Below, in pieces: positions 18,659-28,132 of a stretch of 64,000 bases of DNA (its first letter is position 1; the number at the start of each line of letters is the position of its first letter). The notes beneath the pieces are model-generated. The model had not been told where the DNA came from. It did not search any database and saw nothing but the letters and a program-made list of their open reading frames with translations. Both the position numbers and the translations under genes were made by a program. Source of the stretch: Patescibacteria group bacterium (lineage in GTDB: Bacteria; Patescibacteriota; Microgenomatia; UBA1406; GWC2-37-13); the NCBI GenBank assembly GCA_038064615.1, contig JBBTSR010000001.1, positions 22,558 to 86,557 of the forward strand, written 5' to 3'.

Positions 18659-19990
18659 TTATTTAATCAATTCTTGAATAAGTTTGACTAGTCGGTTAAA
18701 TTCAATCTTTTTCTTCGCCTCACACATCACCTGTCCGACTAAAAAGTTAATTGACTGGGTCTTGCCGACCTTTAGGTCTTCAACCGCTTTCGGATTGAGC
18801 TTAATAATCTTTGTGATTATCTTCTTGAGATCTTCATCGGTCACATCATCAACTTGAACCGATTTTTTATATGTATTAATAATTTCCTCAACTTTTTCTC
18901 CAAAAATATCTACCGATAATTTTTTATTAACAATAGCATTGACGAATTTATCTACAGGTAGCTTTTGATCTGATAAACCTGAAAATACTTTATCAAACTT
19001 CTTGGATTCTCCAGCAGTTTCAAATAAAAGCTCTGTCAATTTTTTATCAATTTTATAATCTTTTTCCCAACGGTTGAAAACTGAGTCTAATGGCTCGGGA
19101 ACTGAGGATTTGATCTCCCCAAACCACTTATCATCAAATCTTATCGGCGGTAGATCTGGGTCAGGAAAATATCTATAATCTGCAGCATTTTCTTTAGATC
19201 TTTGAGTGTAAGTAATATTCTTTTCGGAATTATATCCCCGAGTTTCTTGATCTGGGGTTTTCCCAGCTTCAAGTATTTCTTTTTGCCTCTTAATTTCATA
19301 TTCAATTCCCCGCTCCAAAAATCTAAAAGAATTAATGTTTTTTAATTCAACTTTATAATTCGGTAGTTCTGTCTCTCCTTTTTTCTGTAATGAAATATTT
19401 GCTTCGAGTCTCATCCCTCCTTTTTCCATATCACAGTCTGAAATATCCAAATAACGAATAATCTGGCGAAGTTTTTTAGCATACTCTTTTGCTTGGGCTG
19501 ATGAATAGATCTCTGGCTCTGTGACAATCTCAATCAAAGGAACGCTTGAACGGTTAAAGTCAATTAGACTGACATTGCGTCCATCAACCTTTTGATGAAT
19601 TAATTTTCCGGTATCCTCTTCCAGGTGAACTCGGGTAATACCGACTGGTCCAAAAGACGTTTTAACTTTTCCGTCATAGCAAAAAGGTAGATCATACTGC
19701 GAAATCTGATAACCTTTGGGAAGATCGGGATAAAAATAATGCTTTCGGTCAAATTTTGAAAATTTATTTATTTTACACCCTAAAGCTAATCCCAACATAA
19801 CTGTCCATTCGATCGCCTTTTTATTTGCCACCGGCAAAGCTCCGGGTAACCCCAAACAAGCCGGACAGGTATAGATATTGGGTTTTTCTGCATGAAATGG
19901 GTCATTTTTACAGCCACAGAACATCTTGGAGTGGGTTTTCAACTCTGCGTGTACTTCCATGCCGATGATGACTTGATATTTTTTATCCAT
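18659..19990 (-). CDS. gatB: Asp-tRNA(Asn)/Glu-tRNA(Gln) amidotransferase subunit B
   Basis: Motifs ...YQVIIGMEVHAEL...CGC...PGALPV... and a C-terminal YqeY-like tail. I place the start at ATG 19990 (MDKKYQ...), just after the gatA stop, rather than at the track start 20035. Confidence 0.9.
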   Translation of the reverse strand: MDKKYQVIIGMEVHAELKTHSKMFCGCKNDPFHAEKPNIYTCPACLGLPGALPVANKKAIEWTVMLGLALGCKINKFSKFDRKHYFYPDLPKGYQISQYDLPFCYDGKVKTSFGPVGITRVHLEEDTGKLIHQKVDGRNVSLIDFNRSSVPLIEIVTEPEIYSSAQAKEYAKKLRQIIRYLDISDCDMEKGGMRLEANISLQKKGETELPNYKVELKNINSFRFLERGIEYEIKRQKEILEAGKTPDQETRGYNSEKNITYTQRSKENAADYRYFPDPDLPPIRFDDKWFGEIKSSVPEPLDSVFNRWEKDYKIDKKLTELLFETAGESKKFDKVFSGLSDQKLPVDKFVNAIVNKKLSVDIFGEKVEEIINTYKKSVQVDDVTDEDLKKIITKIIKLNPKAVEDLKVGKTQSINFLVGQVMCEAKKKIEFNRLVKLIQELIK

Positions 19991-21413
19991 TTTTAAACTT
20001 TGGCCTAATTTTATAATATTGAGTTTCTTGTTCAAAAAGATAGGCCACTTTGTAAAGTAATTCTTCAGAAAATTGCGGGCCGATTATTTGCATTCCAACC
20101 GGAAGCTCATCTACAAACCCGCTTGGAACACTTAATCCTGGGATGCCAGCTAAGTTGACCGGACACAGAAAAATATCTGAAAGATACATCTGGAGAGGGT
20201 CATCCACTTTTTCCCCTAATTTAAAAGGGGATGTTGGAGAAGTGGGCCCAATTAGAATATCTATTTCTTTAAATGCTTTTTCAAAATCTTGCTTAATTAA
20301 AGTTCTTACTTTAGCGGCTTTCAAATAATAAGCGTCATAATAACCTGATGAAAGAGTATAAGAACCCAACATTATTCTTCTTTTTGCTTCGGCACCAAAC
20401 ATTTCTCTTGTTCCTCCATACCTAACTCCATCATACCTTGAAAGATTGGAACTCACTTCCGATGGAACCAAAATATAGTAAGCGGCCATTGCATAATTCG
20501 TATGAGGTAAAGAAACTTCTTTGACTATTGCCCCAAATTTTTCAAGTACTTTTAATGAATCTTTTATTGAGTTATTTATCTTATTATCCAAACCTCGAAC
20601 AAAGTATTCTTTTGGCAGTCCAATTTTTAATCCTTTAATATTTTGACCCAAGACTTTGGTATATTGACCAACTTTTATTGGAAATGTTGTACTATCATAA
20701 GGATCTAATCCTGCAGTAACCTCTAGTACTTTTGCATTATCATAAACTGTTTTTGTCATATGACCGATCGTATCAAAAGATGAAGCCATTGCAATAACTC
20801 CGTAACGGGAAACTCTCCCATAGGTAGGCTTTAGTCCAACCAAGTTACAATAGCCTGCAGGTAATCTAACCGAGCTTCCTGTATCGGTCCCCGTCCCAAC
20901 TAAAGCGGCTCCATAGGCAACGGCCGCACCAGATCCACTACTTGATCCTCCAGGGACCCGGCTTAGGTCATAAGGATTCTTTGTTGGTTCATAATCTGTA
21001 TTTTCACCAGATGATCCATGACCCCAAGCATCTTGGTTTGTCTTACCTATTATTATTACTCCAGCATCAATTAACTTTTTGACAACAGTTGCGTTAAATG
21101 GAGGGGAATAATCTTTAATTATTTTTGATCCGGCAGTAGTTTTTATTCCTTTTGTTGTATATAAATCCTTAATGGCAACTGGAATACCAAGGAGTGGTTT
21201 TTTATTAAAAATTTCTTTATCACTTTTAATCATTTCATCACGTTCTATGGCTTTTTTAAGTGCCTCTTCCTCGTTCAAAGTCAAAAAGGCATTTATTTTT
21301 TTATCATTCTTTTTTATCGTAGTAAAACATTCTTTTATTAATTCACTACAAGAAAAGACTCCTTTCTTTAATTTTTCCGAAGCATCTTTTATGGTCAGTT
21401 CTAATAAGTCCAT
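19983..21413 (-). CDS. gatA: Glu-tRNA(Gln) amidotransferase subunit A (amidase signature)
   Basis: 476 aa. Motifs ...GGSSSGSGAAVA... and ...GTDTGSSVRLPA.... Confidence 0.92.
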   Translation of the reverse strand: MDLLELTIKDASEKLKKGVFSCSELIKECFTTIKKNDKKINAFLTLNEEEALKKAIERDEMIKSDKEIFNKKPLLGIPVAIKDLYTTKGIKTTAGSKIIKDYSPPFNATVVKKLIDAGVIIIGKTNQDAWGHGSSGENTDYEPTKNPYDLSRVPGGSSSGSGAAVAYGAALVGTGTDTGSSVRLPAGYCNLVGLKPTYGRVSRYGVIAMASSFDTIGHMTKTVYDNAKVLEVTAGLDPYDSTTFPIKVGQYTKVLGQNIKGLKIGLPKEYFVRGLDNKINNSIKDSLKVLEKFGAIVKEVSLPHTNYAMAAYYILVPSEVSSNLSRYDGVRYGGTREMFGAEAKRRIMLGSYTLSSGYYDAYYLKAAKVRTLIKQDFEKAFKEIDILIGPTSPTSPFKLGEKVDDPLQMYLSDIFLCPVNLAGIPGLSVPSGFVDELPVGMQIIGPQFSEELLYKVAYLFEQETQYYKIRPKFKNG

Positions 21414-21415
21414 AT

Positions 21416-21721
21416 TTACTCGGTTAATATTGCTTTAACTTTAAATAAATTTCCTTCTTTAGACTTTGTGTTTGCTAAGGCCTCTCCAGATGTCAATGTT
21501 CTACTTTCTTCGACTTTATCTTCTCTCAAAACATCAGTTAAACCGGTTATTTGACTTGACGGCTCGATATCTTTTATATCAACCTCTTGCAGTTTATCTA
21601 TGTATTCTATGACTGACGATAGTTGTTTTTTAAATACTTCAATTTCTTTTTTATTTAAAGTCAGGTTTCCTAACTTTGCAATATGAAGAATTTCTTCTGT
21701 GGTAAGATTCTTTTTTGCCAT
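21416..21721 (-). CDS. gatC: amidotransferase subunit C
   Basis: 101 aa, directly upstream of gatA in the gatCAB order. Confidence 0.8.
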   Translation of the reverse strand: MAKKNLTTEEILHIAKLGNLTLNKKEIEVFKKQLSSVIEYIDKLQEVDIKDIEPSSQITGLTDVLREDKVEESRTLTSGEALANTKSKEGNLFKVKAILTE

Positions 21722-21742
21722 GGCTATATTTTACACCAAAAT

Positions 21743-22228
21743 CTATGAAGTTTTATAACCGATTTTTCTTAAAAATTCTTTTCTTTCTTTTTCTTGGTTT
21801 TCATTTTCCACTCCTAATGGTGAGCCACCATCAACAACACCTATAATCCCCCGTCCCTGCTTTGTTTCCGCCACAATAACCTCCGTTGGATTGGCGGTAG
21901 CACAATAAACATGGGTAATTTCACTTAAATTTTTTATTCTGTTTAAGACATTAATTGGAAAAGTATTCTGGAGAAAAATAAATAACGAATGTCCGGCCCC
22001 GATTTTCTTGGCATTTTTAACGGCCAGACTGATCATTTCCTCGTCTGTCCCCGCTTTTCTGATCTTTTTTTCACCTGAGGCTTCGCAAAAAGCCAATCCA
22101 AATTTTATCCCTGGTACTGCCTCGACTAAAGTTTCGTAGCAGTCCTCGACCGTTTTTATAAAATGCGACTGGGCTAAAATAAAATTGATTTCCACCGGTT
22201 TTTCAATTGAAATGTTTAGAAGTTTCAT
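21743..22228 (-). CDS. adenosine-specific-kinase-family protein (COG1839-like)
   Basis: 161 aa. ...QSHFIKTVEDCYETLVEAVPGIKFGLAFCEASG...IGAGHSLFIFL...VYCATANP...GRGIIGVVDG... matches my recollection of this small family. Confidence 0.6.
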   Translation of the reverse strand: MKLLNISIEKPVEINFILAQSHFIKTVEDCYETLVEAVPGIKFGLAFCEASGEKKIRKAGTDEEMISLAVKNAKKIGAGHSLFIFLQNTFPINVLNRIKNLSEITHVYCATANPTEVIVAETKQGRGIIGVVDGGSPLGVENENQEKERKEFLRKIGYKTS

Positions 22229-22251
22229 ATGAAGATATTTTACTACAATAA

Positions 22252-22518
22252 TTAATAAACTTGATTATGGGTTCCGATGTCGATAAGGATACCCTCCCTT
22301 TTTTGATTAATATAAAAAATAATTCTGATATCTCCAGTTACAGAAAAAGAATAAAAACCTTTTTTTGATCCAGTTAAAGAATGGGTTTTTAGTTGAGGAT
22401 CTTTATAATTTAAACTAAATTGATTAATTTTTTCGGAGATAATTTTTACAAGCTTTTTATTATGTAAAAATCTCTTCTTAAATGATTTTTTGAAGCTATT
22501 CTGATAGAGAATTTCCAT
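22252..22518 (-). CDS. RelE/YafQ-type toxin (type II TA)
   Basis: 88 aa. ...LKTHSLTG...GDIRIIFYI...ILIDIGTHNQVY. Lies 2 nt downstream of the antitoxin gene. Confidence 0.75.
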   Translation of the reverse strand: MEILYQNSFKKSFKKRFLHNKKLVKIISEKINQFSLNYKDPQLKTHSLTGSKKGFYSFSVTGDIRIIFYINQKREGILIDIGTHNQVY

Positions 22519-22520
22519 GT

Positions 22521-22802
22521 TTATGATTTTAGCTGTTTTATTAGATTATCAACATCCTTGGCCTTATAGATTCCTTCTCCTTTTTCAATCTCTATGGCAA
22601 TCTTATTGTATCTTTTTATTGCTTGTGGACTTAGTCTTATCGTTTTTGGAGTAAAAACTACCTCAATTGTCTTCTGGGCCAGTTTATTGAGAAAGATTCT
22701 CACTGCTTCCTGGATTGAAGAAAATCCCTGCTCAATTGCCGCCTCCTGAGCTGATAATCTCAACTCTTCGCTTATTGGTATCTGTAAATTAACCGTTTTC
22801 AT
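22521..22802 (-). CDS. antitoxin (RelB/DinJ or RHH-like) of the adjacent RelE-type toxin
   Basis: 93 aa, placed upstream of the toxin in a two-gene arrangement. Confidence 0.65.
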   Translation of the reverse strand: MKTVNLQIPISEELRLSAQEAAIEQGFSSIQEAVRIFLNKLAQKTIEVVFTPKTIRLSPQAIKRYNKIAIEIEKGEGIYKAKDVDNLIKQLKS

Positions 22803-22809
22803 ATATATA

Positions 22810-22837
22810 ATTATAATGGTTTGATATTAAATGTCAA
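22810..22837 (-). promoter_or_regulatory. sigma70-type promoter TTGACA-16-TATAAT, 7 nt upstream of the antitoxin ATG
   Basis: Minus-strand reading: TTGACATTTAATATCAAACCATTATAATTATATATATG. Confidence 0.6.
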
Positions 22838-23027
22838 GCCATTATTTCCTATCATCGTCAAAGAATTCGTACCAAGCAAGCAAACCTAAGGCAAAAATCA
22901 TAATATAAAAAACAAACTCTTCTAATGGAAAAAATAATTTTTTTAATTATTTTGAGTTCATTTGATCTAATTTATTTTCTAAAATAAAACAGTATTATTT
23001 GTTTATCTTGTCCTAACAGCCTAAAGT

Positions 23028-23100
23028 CAGAGCGAGGAGACTTGAACTCCTGGTCTTCAGACCCCCAGCCTGACGCTTTACCATCTAAGCTACGCTCTGT
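23028..23100 (-). tRNA. tRNA-Pro (anticodon GGG), no encoded CCA
   Basis: Folds by hand: acceptor CAGAGCG/CGCTCTG (C1-G72), D arm GCTT/AAGC, anticodon arm TCAGG-CTGGGGG-TCTGA with G37, and T arm AGGAG-TTCAAGT-CTCCT. Confidence 0.9.
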
Positions 23101-23141
23101 ATTGATAGCTTAATTTTATCAAAATCTCTTATAATGTTGCT

Positions 23142-24353
23142 ATGATCCTTATATATTTTTTAATCTGGAGGATTTTAGATTTTTTAATAATTTTTTTAAG
23201 TCAAAAAGTAATTCCTTATCTTGGTTTTTTTCCTTATAAAGATCAACTGCCGGGGTTCAATTTGCCGTCCTGGGTTTCGGCTTTAGCTAATTTTGACGGT
23301 CTTCACTATATTTCTATTGCCCGCGATGGTTATGCTCAGTACGAACAAGCCTTTTTCCCACTTTACCCTATGCTGATAAAATTTTTAACCCCATTTTTTT
23401 CAAATAATCAACTCCTGACTGGCTTAATAATTTCAAATGTTTTGTTTCTTTTAGGATTATTTGTTTTTTATAAATATCTACGTCTAATTTCATCCGATTC
23501 TATCCGATTCTATCCGATTCTATCTATCTTATTTTTGATTGCCTTCCCCACCTCTTTTTTCTTTGGCGCTGTTTATACCGAGGGGTTATTTTTTCTTTTG
23601 GTTGTATCTACTTTATATTTTCTAAAAAAACAAAATTATTTATTGGTTTTTATATTAGCATTTTTAGCATCAACGACGAGACTAGTCGGGGTGTTTTTAA
23701 CAATACCAATTGCTTTTCATTTTATTAATAAATATAAAAATGAAATTTATAGACTGGATCCCCGCCTGCGCGGGGATGACAAGCGCTTAATACTTAATAC
23801 TAAATACTTACTACTAATCCTTTCTCCCCTTATTGGTTTAGGAATCTATTGTTTTTATCTCTTCAAAACTACTGGCGATCCTTTTTTCTTTTTAACTTCC
23901 CAACCAATATTTGGGGCTAATCGGTCATCCCATTTAATTTTATTGCCCCAGGTTTATTGGAGATATTTTAAAATATTTGTTACCGCCGCTCACGATTCAC
24001 GTTTTTATGTTGCGGTTGCTGAATTTAGTATTTTTAGTTTTGTTTTAATAATTTTGATTTTAGATTTGATCAAAAATTGCCTGTACTCCGTAGCTTCAGC
24101 GAAGGGGTATAAATTGAAAATTGAAAATTACGATCGTTTAGGGCTTAATTTATTTTCTCTCGCCAATCTCATCCTCCCCACACTAACTGGCACCTTCTCC
24201 TCCATCCCCCGCTATTCTTTGTTTTCCTTATCTTTTTTTATCTATCTTGCCCAAATAAAAAATGTTTTTGTTAAATATTTAATTTTATTAATCTTTTTAT
24301 TTTTACATATATTGTTGTTAGGATATTTTACGCAGGGATATTTTATAAGCTAA
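23142..24353 (+). CDS. polytopic GT-C-like (PIG-V / mannosyltransferase-like) membrane glycosyltransferase
   Basis: 403 aa with many TM segments. The ...NFDGLHYISIARDGYAQYEQAFFPLYP... block is typical of PIG-V-like mannosyltransferases. Contains two repeat insertions (see findings). Confidence 0.6.
   Translation: MILIYFLIWRILDFLIIFLSQKVIPYLGFFPYKDQLPGFNLPSWVSALANFDGLHYISIARDGYAQYEQAFFPLYPMLIKFLTPFFSNNQLLTGLIISNVLFLLGLFVFYKYLRLISSDSIRFYPILSILFLIAFPTSFFFGAVYTEGLFFLLVVSTLYFLKKQNYLLVFILAFLASTTRLVGVFLTIPIAFHFINKYKNEIYRLDPRLRGDDKRLILNTKYLLLILSPLIGLGIYCFYLFKTTGDPFFFLTSQPIFGANRSSHLILLPQVYWRYFKIFVTAAHDSRFYVAVAEFSIFSFVLIILILDLIKNCLYSVASAKGYKLKIENYDRLGLNLFSLANLILPTLTGTFSSIPRYSLFSLSFFIYLAQIKNVFVKYLILLIFLFLHILLLGYFTQGYFIS
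23491..23524 (+). repeat. 10-bp tandem repeat x3 plus a partial unit ((C/T)ATCCGATTC) inside the CDS
   Basis: catccgattc tatccgattc tatccgattc tatc, read in frame as SSDSIRFYPILSI. Confidence 0.9.
23754..23782 (-). repeat. GC-rich hairpin repeat, copy C, in frame inside the CDS
   Basis: CTGGATCCCCGCCTGCGCGGGGATGACAA with stem ATCCCCGC/GCGGGGAT, translated as LDPRLRGDDK. Confidence 0.75.
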
Positions 24354-24354
24354 T

Positions 24355-26013
24355 ATGACTAAACTCCCATTCTTTCAAAAAGGTGATTCAAAAGGACTTA
24401 ATTTTTTTTCACCTGATAATAAATTGATTCAAAATGTTTTTTTTACATATATTGTAATAATCTTTCTTTTTTTAATCATTATATTTTTAAGACTTTTTCA
24501 ACTAACAATCGTCAAAGGAAGTTATTATCGAACACTTTCTGAGCAAAATCGACTTCGAGAAATTATTATAGAGGCCCCACGCGGAGAGATAGTTGATAGA
24601 AAAGGTTTTACTTTAGCACAAAGTTTGATTCCTAACATTAATCAAAAAATTGAGCCGGGACTATTAGATAGTAATCAAAAAATAACTTCAAGAAGAGTTT
24701 ACCAAAGCCCTGAAGCGATAGCTCCCTTGATTGGCTACCGCCAAATTGCAGATACTCATGATCTTAATAATGATATCTGCCAATATAAACTCCAGCTTGG
24801 TGATCGGACCGGAAAAAAAGGAATAGAAAAATTGTTTGATTGCCAATTACGGGGACGACCCGGGAAAAAATTAGTGGAAATCGACGCTCAAGGACGATAT
24901 TTAAAAACTGTTGATGTTATTCCCCCAATCCCTGGAGAAAAAATTCAATTAGCTCTTGATTTGGAATTGCAAAAAAAGGGTTATGAATTGGTAAAAAACG
25001 TAAAGGCGGCGATCATCGTAACCAATCCAAAAACCGGAGAAATATTGGCCAGTGTTTCCTCGCCTTCTTTTAGTTCTCAAGATTTTGAAGACAATTCAGA
25101 TATTAATATACAAAGCTATTTAACCAATAAAGACGATCCTTTATTTAACCGTGTTGCAGAAGGAATTTACCCACCCGGATCAATTTTTAAATTAGTAGTA
25201 GCAACGGCGGGACTGGAAGAAAAAGCTATTGACGAAAAAACAGAGATCGAAGATAAGGGAAGCATTAAGGCGGGAGCTACCACTTTTGGAAACTGGTATT
25301 TTCTACAATATGGAAAGGTTGAGGGAATGGTCGATTTAGTAAAAGCTATTAGAAGGTCTAATGATATATTTTTTTATAAAGTCGGGGAAAAAACCGGTGT
25401 AGAAAAGATCAAGAAATGGTCTGATATTTTTGGATTGGGAAAACTTACAAAAATTGGCTTAGATGAAGAGGAAGGTATTATTCCCTCGTCCTTTTGGAAA
25501 AAAGAAGTATTAAAAGAAAATTGGTATCTAGGTGATACTTATAATTTATCCATTGGTCAGGGATATGTTGGAACAACTCCTTTACAAATGGCTTTGGTAA
25601 CAGATGTATTTGCTAACGGAGGATATTTGTGCCGACCTCAATTGTTGAAGGTAAGGACAATTCATGAATTGTCCTTACAAAACAAATCATCATGTAAAAA
25701 ATTACCTATCTCTCAAAAAACAATCGATTTAATTCGTGAAGGAATGAAACAGGCCTGTTCAATCGGAGGTACCGGCTGGCCATTGTTTGATTTCATCGCC
25801 GGAAAAACTAAAATTCAGGTCGCCTGTAAAACCGGTACGGCCGAATCGCAAACGAAAGATGGTTTACCTCACGCCTGGATTACCGCCTTTGCTCCATATG
25901 ATAATCCTGAAATTTCGGTAACAATATTAGTTGAAGAAGGCGGTCAAGGGTCTGACGTGGCCGGACCGATTGCGAAAGAAATATTGAAGGCGTACTTCGA
26001 GAGAAGCCAATGA
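24355..26013 (+). CDS. mrdA: penicillin-binding protein 2 (class B transpeptidase)
   Basis: 552 aa with an N-terminal TM segment. Motifs SxxK (GSIFK), SxN (RSND) and KTG (CKTGTAE). Confidence 0.85.
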   Translation: MTKLPFFQKGDSKGLNFFSPDNKLIQNVFFTYIVIIFLFLIIIFLRLFQLTIVKGSYYRTLSEQNRLREIIIEAPRGEIVDRKGFTLAQSLIPNINQKIEPGLLDSNQKITSRRVYQSPEAIAPLIGYRQIADTHDLNNDICQYKLQLGDRTGKKGIEKLFDCQLRGRPGKKLVEIDAQGRYLKTVDVIPPIPGEKIQLALDLELQKKGYELVKNVKAAIIVTNPKTGEILASVSSPSFSSQDFEDNSDINIQSYLTNKDDPLFNRVAEGIYPPGSIFKLVVATAGLEEKAIDEKTEIEDKGSIKAGATTFGNWYFLQYGKVEGMVDLVKAIRRSNDIFFYKVGEKTGVEKIKKWSDIFGLGKLTKIGLDEEEGIIPSSFWKKEVLKENWYLGDTYNLSIGQGYVGTTPLQMALVTDVFANGGYLCRPQLLKVRTIHELSLQNKSSCKKLPISQKTIDLIREGMKQACSIGGTGWPLFDFIAGKTKIQVACKTGTAESQTKDGLPHAWITAFAPYDNPEISVTILVEEGGQGSDVAGPIAKEILKAYFERSQ

Positions 26014-26020
26014 AATAAAG

Positions 26021-26713
26021 TTAGTATATTTTTTTAATCTCTTTGAAAGATAAAATTCGAGGAAAATTAAGATGAGATGATTCATTTGCATAATCCATAA
26101 GCATTACTTCCCAGTGAAGGTTTTTTGCAGGAAGAATATCATTATTGATATCATCACCAAAAAAAATAATCTGGTCAGGGTTTGTCATTGAGATTTTTTG
26201 AGCATGGGAAAAAATTCTTACATCTGGTTTTGCATATCCAATTTTTTCGGAAATAATAATAAGTTTTTTTTCAAGTAAATCGTAAGCTTTAATTTTTTTT
26301 AGCTTTTTAATTTGTTGAGAATTACTACCATTGCTAATTATTCCCAAACGATATTTTTTTTTATATAAATATTGCAAAGTAGAAAAAACATAAGGAAAAC
26401 TAGTCAAATTTAATTCGTAATTTGATACATATTTATTAATTATTTTTTCCGCATTTTTTTTATCAACGCTTTTACTAAACGATTTCCAAGTATCTTGAAC
26501 CCGAGCTATTTTTTGTTCAAGAAAATTTATTTTGCCTTGTTCAAAAAGAAACCAATTTTTTTTTGTAAATTCAAGCCAGTTTTTTCGGAACTTTTTATTA
26601 TGAATATTTGGCAGGTATTTCTTTCTGATTTGTTCGATTGCTTTATTTTGTGCGCCTTTATGATCAACCAAAGTTCCATCGATATCAAAGAAAATCGTTG
26701 TTATATTTTTCAT
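26021..26713 (-). CDS. HAD-superfamily hydrolase
   Basis: 230 aa. Motif I is FFDIDGTLVDH and motif IV is FFGDDINNDI. Confidence 0.8.
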   Translation of the reverse strand: MKNITTIFFDIDGTLVDHKGAQNKAIEQIRKKYLPNIHNKKFRKNWLEFTKKNWFLFEQGKINFLEQKIARVQDTWKSFSKSVDKKNAEKIINKYVSNYELNLTSFPYVFSTLQYLYKKKYRLGIISNGSNSQQIKKLKKIKAYDLLEKKLIIISEKIGYAKPDVRIFSHAQKISMTNPDQIIFFGDDINNDILPAKNLHWEVMLMDYANESSHLNFPRILSFKEIKKIY

Positions 26714-26894
26714 ATAATTTTCTTTTTAAAAAGAATGTGGATTTTTTTAAAAAGTTCGAGATTTGCCTCTTGTATGTCTATATGTTTTTCCTCGGTAAGA
26801 AATTTTACTACATTTCTATGTTTTTTGTAAATTCGGTATTGATTATTTTTGAGGTGCATATTAATTTGTTTAGCTTTTTGTAACTTGCTAAATA

Positions 26895-26923
26895 TTGTAC
26901 TTTCTGCATGGTAATAGTATAAT
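26895..26923 (+). promoter_or_regulatory. sigma70-type promoter TTGTAC-17-TATAAT, 6 nt upstream of the ATG at 26930
   Basis: -35 at 26895-26900 and -10 at 26918-26923. No SD. Confidence 0.5.
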
Positions 26924-26929
26924 TGATCG

Positions 26930-28132
26930 ATGAGCGGAGAAAGAAAGTCAAGAGCTTCAGATAAAATTGGGTCAATTATTAGAGTAGATTTTGAGAAAGG
27001 TTTAAATCGATTAGTAGATAAAAGAGTTGAAATCGCTACTAGGCAATCTTTTGGATTAAGAAACGACTTACCTATTAAAGTCGAGGCTTTTGTACCCGAT
27101 CTCACTAGTTTTTTGAGATATGTATCTTTTGGAGAAGAACATGCTGTTGCCAAGCTTGCATTTAATTCAATAAAATCGAGACTAATTGATGAATATGCTC
27201 CTTATGGAGCTGCAGGATTGGTCGATATCGTTTATCAAGAAAATGATGATATAGCCAAGGAATATAGAAGAAATAAATTTTTACATCAAAAATTTCCAAA
27301 TATAACCCCTTCTCCACTTCAACTTTCAAATGGCGTAGCATTTTATGAATATTTACCAGGAAGGACTTTGGAAGAAGCAATTGTTAATAATGCAGAGGCT
27401 ATTCCGTTTGAAGAAATTGGAAAATCGCTGAGACATTGGCACGACGAACTTAGAATTACAGAAATTCCTCATGAAGTGCAAGAAGATTCTGAAGGTAAAT
27501 TGGATAGATTGACAATCTATAAGAATAAATATGCAACTCCTGAGGGAATTAAACAAGTGTTCAGTATTCTCGTGACAAAAGGATATTTAGATCCCTCAGA
27601 GCTAAATGACGTTACTGATAAGTTAGCGGCTTCTATGCAAAAAACAATCTCTTCGGATATTTTTAATTTACCAAAAGATACATGGGGGCACGGAGACGTT
27701 AAACCTGAGAATATTCTTTTGGCTCAAAACAGTAGTCAATTTTACTTTATCGATAACGATATGCATTCAATGCCAGCTGTCTTAGACTTGGGGAAAATGG
27801 TTTCAAGGACATTGGCAATTGGACTTGGAAATAACGTACCAATTGAAATTTTAAGCGCGAACATAAAAATGTTTTTAAAAGGGTATTATGACAATGAGCC
27901 TATCCCATTTCAGCAAATTGCTGACATAATTGCCTTAGATTTTATTCCAATTCTTGGATATTATTCCAGTATAGATAAAAAACAACTCGCAGAATATCCT
28001 TCAATGGCGCAGCTTTTCATGAAAAATCTTTTACAAGTTGTTGACTTTATTAGTTACCTGACAAGCAACAAATATGGAGATTTAGATTCTATCATAAACT
28101 TTTTCAAAAATAATCACTCGCTGAAAACATGA
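26930..28132 (+). CDS. small-molecule kinase-like protein (APH/choline-kinase fold)
   Basis: 400 aa. Catalytic-loop-like HGDVKPENILL followed by FIDND. Confidence 0.65.
   Translation: MSGERKSRASDKIGSIIRVDFEKGLNRLVDKRVEIATRQSFGLRNDLPIKVEAFVPDLTSFLRYVSFGEEHAVAKLAFNSIKSRLIDEYAPYGAAGLVDIVYQENDDIAKEYRRNKFLHQKFPNITPSPLQLSNGVAFYEYLPGRTLEEAIVNNAEAIPFEEIGKSLRHWHDELRITEIPHEVQEDSEGKLDRLTIYKNKYATPEGIKQVFSILVTKGYLDPSELNDVTDKLAASMQKTISSDIFNLPKDTWGHGDVKPENILLAQNSSQFYFIDNDMHSMPAVLDLGKMVSRTLAIGLGNNVPIEILSANIKMFLKGYYDNEPIPFQQIADIIALDFIPILGYYSSIDKKQLAEYPSMAQLFMKNLLQVVDFISYLTSNKYGDLDSIINFFKNNHSLKT

Noticed and set aside
19991-20035. N-terminal extension of gatB overlapping gatA
   Set aside because: The conserved GatB N-terminus begins at MDKKYQVIIGMEVH (ATG 19990), which lies immediately after the gatA stop at 19983-19985.
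26710-27153. 147-aa minus-strand ORF overlapping the kinase-like gene start and its promoter
   Set aside because: Its N-terminal two-thirds are antisense to the kinase-like CDS and run through the TTGTAC-17-TATAAT promoter. At most a short C-terminal piece (from the internal Met near 26859) could be real, and I have no evidence for that.
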